A program made the position numbers and the translations under genes. Positions 58,373-64,000 of a DNA stretch of 64,000 nucleotides are shown here, piece after piece. The notes beneath the pieces were generated by a model. That model saw only the letters and a program-made list of their open reading frames with translations, was not told the origin of the DNA and searched no databases. The stretch spans positions 79,240 to 143,239 of the forward strand of contig DAIDHL010000004.1 in NCBI GenBank assembly GCA_027459745.1. The letters run 5' to 3'. Every line of letters begins with the position of its first letter. Position 1 is the first letter of the stretch. Source of the DNA: Candidatus Levyibacteriota bacterium. GTDB taxonomy: Bacteria; Patescibacteriota; Microgenomatia; Levybacterales; UBA12049.

Positions 58373-61306
58373 ATGCTAAATACAGTTGACTTAAGAACAC
58401 TTAATGATGAACAAAAAACAGCTGTTACCCACGAGAAAGGACCTTTATTGATCATTGCTGGTGCTGGTACAGGAAAAACAACTGTCATTACTAAACGTAT
58501 TCAATATTTAATATTGGAGAGAGAAATTAACCCACAGAATATTTTGGCACTCACCTTTACCGAAAAAGCCGCATCTGAAATGGAAACCAGAATAGATGAG
58601 ATTCTTCCTTATGGGTACACGGACATGTGGATAGAAACATTTCATGCATTTTGCGACCGACTTCTTCGACAAGAAGCCATCCATCTTGGTCTTGATCCCA
58701 CCTATGAACTTATGACCGAAGCAGAAACATTGCTTTTTATGCGCAAAAATTTATTTAAATTTGAGCTGGATTATTTTCGTCCCCTGGGTAATCCGTTAAA
58801 ATTTCTGCAGGGTATGATACAACATTTCAGCCGTCTTAAAGATGATGATGTTACACCTGAAGCTTATCTAAAATATGCTAAAAATCTGAGCCAAGAAATC
58901 CAAGAGAGTGAGATCAAACAAACTCTAGAACTAGCCAACGCATATCTTGAATATGAAAAGTTAAAAACACAAAACGGAATGATGGATTTTTCTGATTTGA
59001 TCTCCAATACATTAAAGCTTTTTCGCATGCGTCCTCATGTATTAAAAAAATATCAAAGTCTATTTCAGTATATTTTAGTAGACGAGTTTCAAGATACCAA
59101 TTATGCGCAAAATGAAATGGCTATTTTATTAGCCGGTGATAAACAAAATATAGCCGTCGTAGGAGATGATGATCAATCGATTTACCGTTGGCGAGGAGCA
59201 GCAATTTCTAACATGTTGCAGTTTCGCTCTCATTTTCCTAAAGCCAAAGTAGTGACTTTAAATAAGAACTATCGTAGTTCACAAAGTATTTTAGATAGTT
59301 CATATCAGTTGATTCAAAACAATAATCCCGATCGTTTGGAAGTTAAAGAAGGAATAGATAAAAAATTAACCGCTATGAGAAAAAACATTAATGTTTCCAA
59401 ACACGGAGTGGACTTCATTTATACCAATAATGTAGATGAAGAGGCAGAAGAGATTGCTAAAACAATTAAAATTTTAATGAAAAATAACGAGCGTAAATAT
59501 AACGAATTCGCTATTTTGGTTCGTGCAAATGATCATGCTATTCCATTCCAACGAGCGTTGGACAGAGCTAAAATTCCTTACCAGTTTTTAGGTCCCGGTC
59601 ACCTATTTGAACAACCAGAAATAAAAGACCTCTTATCTTACTTAAAAGTACTAGCCAATTTTGAAGATGCAGCATCATTATATCGTATTTTAACTATGGG
59701 GATTTTTGCTTTGCAAGCCAGAGACATTGCTGCTTTACTTAATTATTCCAAAAAACAAAATGTTTCATTATTTGAAAGTATGGAAGATGTGGACAATACT
59801 GTGCTCACGACTGATGGAAAAGAAAAAGTTAAAAAAATAGTGGAGATGATTAAAAGACATTTGTCTCATGTGCCGCAGCAGACCGCCGGCCAAATTCTAT
59901 ACTATTTTTTTGAGGACTCAGGTTTAATGGGTTATTACTTAGATCCCAAAACTCTTAAAACTGAAAGGGAAGCACAAAATGTAGCTAAATTTTTTGACAA
60001 ACTACAAAATTTTGCTGCCAACCATGAGGATGCTTCCATTTTCGCAGTAGTCGATTGGATTGATTTATCAATGGAAATGGGTGAAAGTCCAATAGCAGCA
60101 GAAATTGATTGGACTAACAATAATGCTGTGAATATTTTGACAGTTCACTCAAGTAAAGGTCTTGAGTTTCCTGTTGTTTTTGTGGTTAATTTAGTGACTC
60201 AACGTTTTCCCAGCCGAGATCGCAAAGAACAAATCCCTGTCCCTCAAGCCTTAATTAAAGAAGAACTTCCTACTGGAGATGAAAACATACAGGAGGAAAG
60301 ACGGTTATGTTATGTTGCTATGACCCGTGCTAAAGATAATTTATTTCTAACTGCATCTAGATTTTATGGTGAAAGCCGAAGAGAAAGAAAGTTGTCGCCC
60401 TTTATTCTAGAAGCAATTGGTTCAGAAGAATTAGAAAAAAAAGTTCAAAAACAAAATTTAGAACAAAATTCTCAACAACTGTCATTACTGGATATGTTTA
60501 ATGAAAATACTAAAAACGAACAAACCACACTATCATTAGAAGTATCACAGGCTAAACCTCAAACATTATTTCCTATCACCTATATCTCCTATTCTCAGAT
60601 TCAAACTTTTGATGTCTGCCCAATGCATTTCAAACTGCGTTACATTTTAAACTTACCATCTCCAGAATCTCCAGCTTTAAGTTATGGTATTAGCGTACAT
60701 AACACACTAAAAGACGGTTTCACTTATTTCCTGCAAAAGAAAGATCTAACTGAAGTAGAGATCAAAGAATTACTTCACCGCAATTGGCTAAAAAAAGGCT
60801 ATTCCAGTAAAGAGCATGAACTAAAAGCTTTTCAACAGGCTGAGAAAATGTTGATCAGATATCTTTTAACTTGCAATGAAATTAAACCGCAAACACTGGC
60901 GGTTGAATTACCATTTCAATTCTGGCTTAACCGCATTAAAATAGGTGGCAGGATAGACCGTATTGATCAATTATCCGATGGCAGAATAGAAATCATAGAT
61001 TACAAAACTGGTAATAATGTACCCGATGAGAAAAAATTATTAACTGATATGCAGTTAACCTTTTATGCATTAGCCGCCAGTGAGGTGCATGATAAACTGT
61101 TAAATCGTCGCCCCGAAGAGGTGGCACTTACACTTTATTATATTGAACCTGATATTAAACTAACGACCACCCGTACAGCAGAACGATTAGAAGAAGCTAA
61201 ACAATTTATTTTGGATAAAATCAAGGAAATCTCTTCCAGTGATTTCCAATGTACTCATGGCAGACTCTGTATGAATTGTGAGTATAAGATGATTTGTAAT
61301 GCCTGA
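58373..61306 (+). CDS. UvrD/PcrA-type SF1 helicase fused to a C-terminal PD-(D/E)XK Cas4/AddB-like nuclease with a 4-Cys Fe-S motif
   Basis: Walker A AGAGTGKTT, UvrD motifs, then a C-terminal IDRIDQL...IEIIDYKTG nuclease core and C-x5-C-x2-C-x5-C (CTHGRLCMNCEYKMIC). The track starts at 58337; the likely start is the MLNTVDL Met at 58373. Confidence 0.85.
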   Translation: MLNTVDLRTLNDEQKTAVTHEKGPLLIIAGAGTGKTTVITKRIQYLILEREINPQNILALTFTEKAASEMETRIDEILPYGYTDMWIETFHAFCDRLLRQEAIHLGLDPTYELMTEAETLLFMRKNLFKFELDYFRPLGNPLKFLQGMIQHFSRLKDDDVTPEAYLKYAKNLSQEIQESEIKQTLELANAYLEYEKLKTQNGMMDFSDLISNTLKLFRMRPHVLKKYQSLFQYILVDEFQDTNYAQNEMAILLAGDKQNIAVVGDDDQSIYRWRGAAISNMLQFRSHFPKAKVVTLNKNYRSSQSILDSSYQLIQNNNPDRLEVKEGIDKKLTAMRKNINVSKHGVDFIYTNNVDEEAEEIAKTIKILMKNNERKYNEFAILVRANDHAIPFQRALDRAKIPYQFLGPGHLFEQPEIKDLLSYLKVLANFEDAASLYRILTMGIFALQARDIAALLNYSKKQNVSLFESMEDVDNTVLTTDGKEKVKKIVEMIKRHLSHVPQQTAGQILYYFFEDSGLMGYYLDPKTLKTEREAQNVAKFFDKLQNFAANHEDASIFAVVDWIDLSMEMGESPIAAEIDWTNNNAVNILTVHSSKGLEFPVVFVVNLVTQRFPSRDRKEQIPVPQALIKEELPTGDENIQEERRLCYVAMTRAKDNLFLTASRFYGESRRERKLSPFILEAIGSEELEKKVQKQNLEQNSQQLSLLDMFNENTKNEQTTLSLEVSQAKPQTLFPITYISYSQIQTFDVCPMHFKLRYILNLPSPESPALSYGISVHNTLKDGFTYFLQKKDLTEVEIKELLHRNWLKKGYSSKEHELKAFQQAEKMLIRYLLTCNEIKPQTLAVELPFQFWLNRIKIGGRIDRIDQLSDGRIEIIDYKTGNNVPDEKKLLTDMQLTFYALAASEVHDKLLNRRPEEVALTLYYIEPDIKLTTTRTAERLEEAKQFILDKIKEISSSDFQCTHGRLCMNCEYKMICNA

Positions 61307-61307
61307 T

Positions 61308-61886
61308 TCAGGAGAAATGTGGACTGCCAATCGTACTTAATACATCTGATAATTGTTTTTCCTCCACAGTATCTGGCTCAATTCCCTCTTTTTTTAATAA
61401 AATCCGACCCAAAATAATTTCCTTAGCCTTTGTTGCATCGCTTACCGTTAAAGCTCCGATTCTTAAAGGATCCTTTTCACCCTTAATATAGAGCACCAAC
61501 GTACCCAAAAATAACGTAAATTCGCATTCAACATCTTCTACTTCATCTAGAATTATAGTTTTTACAGCAAAAGATTTGATAAAGTAAGATTGGTAAATGG
61601 TTATCTTCTCTTCATCTACTATAATCTCATCAGGAAAAAAATCAAATGGAAACCTACCTTTAATATGCAATAAGGTTCGCTTGGATTTATTTTTTAGTTT
61701 GTTTATCTCACTTTTTGTAGTGTCTTTTTTGTCTTCTGGTCTATCCTCCTTAGCTCGTTGCTCTAATGTTTGTTGGTCACTTGCCTGGTTTTGGGCAAGA
61801 GGTATCAAATTTTTATTTGCCAATCCACCCTTAGAGCCTGTTAATTTTATGCATTTATTTTCAAATATGATCTTTTCTGTTTTCAT
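61308..61886 (-). CDS. hypothetical protein
   Basis: 192 aa with no recognisable domain. Confidence 0.4.
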   Translation of the reverse strand: MKTEKIIFENKCIKLTGSKGGLANKNLIPLAQNQASDQQTLEQRAKEDRPEDKKDTTKSEINKLKNKSKRTLLHIKGRFPFDFFPDEIIVDEEKITIYQSYFIKSFAVKTIILDEVEDVECEFTLFLGTLVLYIKGEKDPLRIGALTVSDATKAKEIILGRILLKKEGIEPDTVEEKQLSDVLSTIGSPHFS

Positions 61887-62019
61887 TCTTTAAGCCTAAC
61901 ATTCAAACGTAAAAATAGGGTAATAATAAGCATAAGATTAGGTCAAACAGCGGTTTCTGAGGCTAGTAATTCACACAACAAAACTTGCTCTCCCATAGTA
62001 TTTAGAGTAGAATAGACTT

Positions 62020-62418
62020 GTTCTCGGAGAGCCGGACCACTACTACGTTCAGTTATTTGAACGTAGAGGAAAGTCCAGGCAGCACATATACATGGGATGG
62101 AGCACAAGCTCCAACCCAGTTAGATATTTATTATTTAACTGGTCTAGTGTCTCAACCTTTTACTCACATGTGAGGTTGAGAACAGATTCTGAATTGACAG
62201 AATTTGCGAGCAACAGAGACGAGTGAGTATGAAACGGGCAATCCTACCTGCTGCAACTTCCGAAAGCTGTGTCTGATCTGTATATGGAAAACAGCGAAGC
62301 ATGAAGGCATTCTGTTAAAAGCGGAACAATGTGATGTAACGTCATATTGAGATAGATTGTGGTCTAATCTCACCAAACTGAGATGAAACAAAACCTGGCT
62401 TATGAGCTTTCCGAGAAT
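62020..62418 (+). ncRNA. rnpB: RNase P RNA (bacterial rnpB)
   Basis: AGAGGAAAGTCCAGGC (P4 5' strand / CR-I) and ACAAAACCTGGCTTA (CR-IV / P4 3' strand) carry a compensatory A:T pair at the usual G:C position. The P1 helix forms between TTCTCGGAGAGC (62021-62032) and GCTTTCCGAGAA (62406-62417). The overlapping 75-aa ORF is spurious. Confidence 0.75.
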
Positions 62419-62421
62419 AAA

Positions 62422-62823
62422 TTAATTTGTTGGGGAAGTCTTCTGATTCAAACTATCTAAATAATTTTTTACTTCATTTAATAAATCCGCAGGAGTAATC
62501 TGGCTTTTTATAATATATCCGTTACCTAAATCCAACGCTTTCTTAATATCAGCCTCATTATCCAGATTAGTAAGGAAAACTGTACACTTATTAGTCAACT
62601 GAATTTGTTCTTCTTTTAACTTTTCCATCACCTGAATTCCATCCATAATAGGCAAAACAATGTCCAATAAAACTAAATCATATCCTCCTGCTTTAATTTT
62701 ATCGTATGCCTCTTGACCGTTCACAGCCAAATCCACTGCATAACCTGCTGTTAAAAGGGTTTCGTTGTACAAATCTCTAAGAAATAAATCGTCTTCTACT
62801 AAAAGAAGCTTTTTTTTATCCAT
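62422..62823 (-). CDS. stand-alone CheY-like response-regulator receiver domain
   Basis: LLVEDD, a phospho-acceptor Asp within LLDIVLP, and a conserved Lys near the C-terminus; 133 aa. Confidence 0.85.
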   Translation of the reverse strand: MDKKKLLLVEDDLFLRDLYNETLLTAGYAVDLAVNGQEAYDKIKAGGYDLVLLDIVLPIMDGIQVMEKLKEEQIQLTNKCTVFLTNLDNEADIKKALDLGNGYIIKSQITPADLLNEVKNYLDSLNQKTSPTN

Positions 62824-62858
62824 ATCTTTAAGGGGCAGTATGAAATCTTACCTCAAAA

Positions 62859-63374
62859 CTATCTAGTTAAAGAAAGATTAGGTGTAACACCGTCTATTGC
62901 TTCTGCATCAGGAGCATAAACTGTTATACGATTGTTAGTAGCAGAGACTGAAATTTGATAACCAGTATCATAACTAGAAGAACAAGCAATTTGAGTTCCA
63001 TTATTTATACTTGGATCTTCAGGTAAGGCGGCGACATATGAAGGGACAATTGCTGAACATATATCAGCTTGTCCTACAGCACTATTAGGATAAGGAGAAG
63101 TTAAACCTGCACCCAATTCATAAAGCTTACCATCAGCAGTTAAACCCGTTGGGAGTTTGCCATGATGATCTGCCAAATATTGACTCACAGCATCCAAAAT
63201 AGTCTTGACTGAACTTTGTCTTTCTGTGTTATTCGCTTGAGCAAACTGACGAGCAGGATTAATAGCTACTAATACAATTCCCATCAAAACCGCCAAAATA
63301 CCAATGACAATTAATAATTCGATAAGGGTGAAGCCTTGTTGAAATTTAGAAGTTTTTAAATTTGCAAAATTCAT
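62859..63374 (-). CDS. type IV pilin / pseudopilin (prepilin with N-methylation motif)
   Basis: A KFQQG|FTLIELLIVIGILAVL class-III signal peptide with Glu5. Confidence 0.85.
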   Translation of the reverse strand: MNFANLKTSKFQQGFTLIELLIVIGILAVLMGIVLVAINPARQFAQANNTERQSSVKTILDAVSQYLADHHGKLPTGLTADGKLYELGAGLTSPYPNSAVGQADICSAIVPSYVAALPEDPSINNGTQIACSSSYDTGYQISVSATNNRITVYAPDAEAIDGVTPNLSLTR

Positions 63375-63513
63375 ATTTATTTAAGTATGTATTTAGTATT
63401 AAATGTTTACAGTTGTTTGTCAACTAGTATTAAATATATCTCATTAATGCAATTTAACAAAAAAGAAGAAGCTTAGGCACCAGCTTCTTCTTCAATGTTA
63501 TTAAAATTAAAAA

Positions 63514-63795
63514 CTACTTAACTACTTTACGCAATGTTTTACCAGGTGTAAAACCTGGTGATTTGTGAGCAGCAATGGTAATTTTTCCCCCCGTATGAGG
63601 ATTTCTTCCTGACTTAGCAGCTTTTTTACGAATAGAAAATGTACCAAAACCAGTGATTACTACTTTTTCTCCTCTTTTTAATGAATCACGGATAGCATTA
63701 AGCATGACATCGACTGCTTCGCGAGAAGCTCGATTAGTTAAGTTTGCTTTCTTGGCAATTAGTTCAATTAAATCTCTTTTGGTCAAGTTATTCAC
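63514..63795 (-). CDS. hup: HU-family DNA-binding protein
   Basis: MNNLTKRDLIELIAKK...GFGTFSIRKKAAKSGRNPHTGGKITIAAHKSPGF is characteristic of HU/IHF. A strong Shine-Dalgarno site (AAAGGAGGTGAA) lies upstream. Confidence 0.9.
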   Translation of the reverse strand: MNNLTKRDLIELIAKKANLTNRASREAVDVMLNAIRDSLKRGEKVVITGFGTFSIRKKAAKSGRNPHTGGKITIAAHKSPGFTPGKTLRKVVK

Positions 63796-63881
63796 CTCCT
63801 TTTAAATTATATGTAACACGTTTAGACTTACAGTACAATCAAATTGGGATATTGTCAAGAAGAATTGTGGGCACTTATCCC

Positions 63882-63910
63882 TTGACAACAAGTAATATTT
63901 AATTTATAAT
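63882..63910 (+). promoter_or_regulatory. near-consensus sigma70-type promoter (TTGACA-17 nt-TATAAT) reading rightwards
   Basis: TTGACA at 63882-63887 and TATAAT at 63905-63910 with a 17-nt spacer, followed by an ATG at 63923 that opens a frame running to the window end. Confidence 0.5.
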
Positions 63911-63922
63911 ACAGCTAGATAT

Positions 63923-64000
63923 ATGAAATATACGCTAGCTCAATTTAATAATACCTTTCCTACTAACGACTTATGTCTTGAAGCAATTAAAAATCTACGT
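63923..64000 (+). CDS. 5' end of an unidentified CDS (MKYTLAQFNNTFPTNDLCLEAIKNLR...) running off the window
   Basis: Open frame from the ATG at 63923 to the window end, just downstream of the consensus promoter; too short to identify. Confidence 0.25.
   Translation, partial: MKYTLAQFNNTFPTNDLCLEAIKNLR

Noticed and set aside
62164-62391. 75-aa minus-strand ORF
   Set aside because: It lies entirely inside the RNase P RNA gene and has no protein-like features.

Overview
This window looks like a gene-dense, AT-rich, reduced bacterial genome, possibly Patescibacteria/CPR-like (inference only). The inference rests on minimal housekeeping genes such as a short IF-2, a short MetRS and a DnaJ without a zinc finger, and on many small membrane and secreted hypothetical proteins. 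The clearly recognisable genes are nusA-infB, the hrcA-grpE-dnaK-dnaJ heat-shock operon, metG, tatD, lysS, murB, greA, tsaD, rmuC, a UvrD-type helicase fused to a Cas4-like Fe-S nuclease, hup, a type IV pilin plus a CheY-like receiver, and an RNase P RNA (rnpB, about 62020-62418). Four regions do not look like ordinary housekeeping content. (1) A roughly 12.4 kb minus-strand operon (6264-18666) joins a T4SS-pilin-like small protein, a small TM protein and a giant VirB6/TrbL-like polytopic membrane protein to a ClpC-like unfoldase with long low-complexity tails and no ClpP-docking loop, an extracytoplasmic membrane-anchored thermolysin (M4) protease, and a membrane-anchored Hsp100-like ATPase whose first nucleotide-binding domain has degenerate Walker A and B motifs. 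This is a candidate novel membrane secretion or processing system. (2) A LysW amino-group-carrier cluster (lysW-lysX-argC/lysY-homocitrate-synthase-like-argB/lysZ-argD/lysJ) ends in an EgtC/YafJ-type class-II amidotransferase-like Ntn hydrolase instead of the usual LysK deacylase. (3) A 1031-aa non-secreted protein carries collagen-like GADGKDGGAGKD tandem repeats, NPKPG proline repeats and a His-rich C-terminal domain, with two small upstream partner ORFs; it is a candidate effector. (4) An envelope-glycan module (processive GT2, GT-C, WecA/MraY-like, UbiA DPPR-synthase-like) and a LysRS carrying a C-terminal DUF2000 (PTH2-fold) extension are also unusual. No CRISPR array, tRNA gene or obvious transposase was seen.
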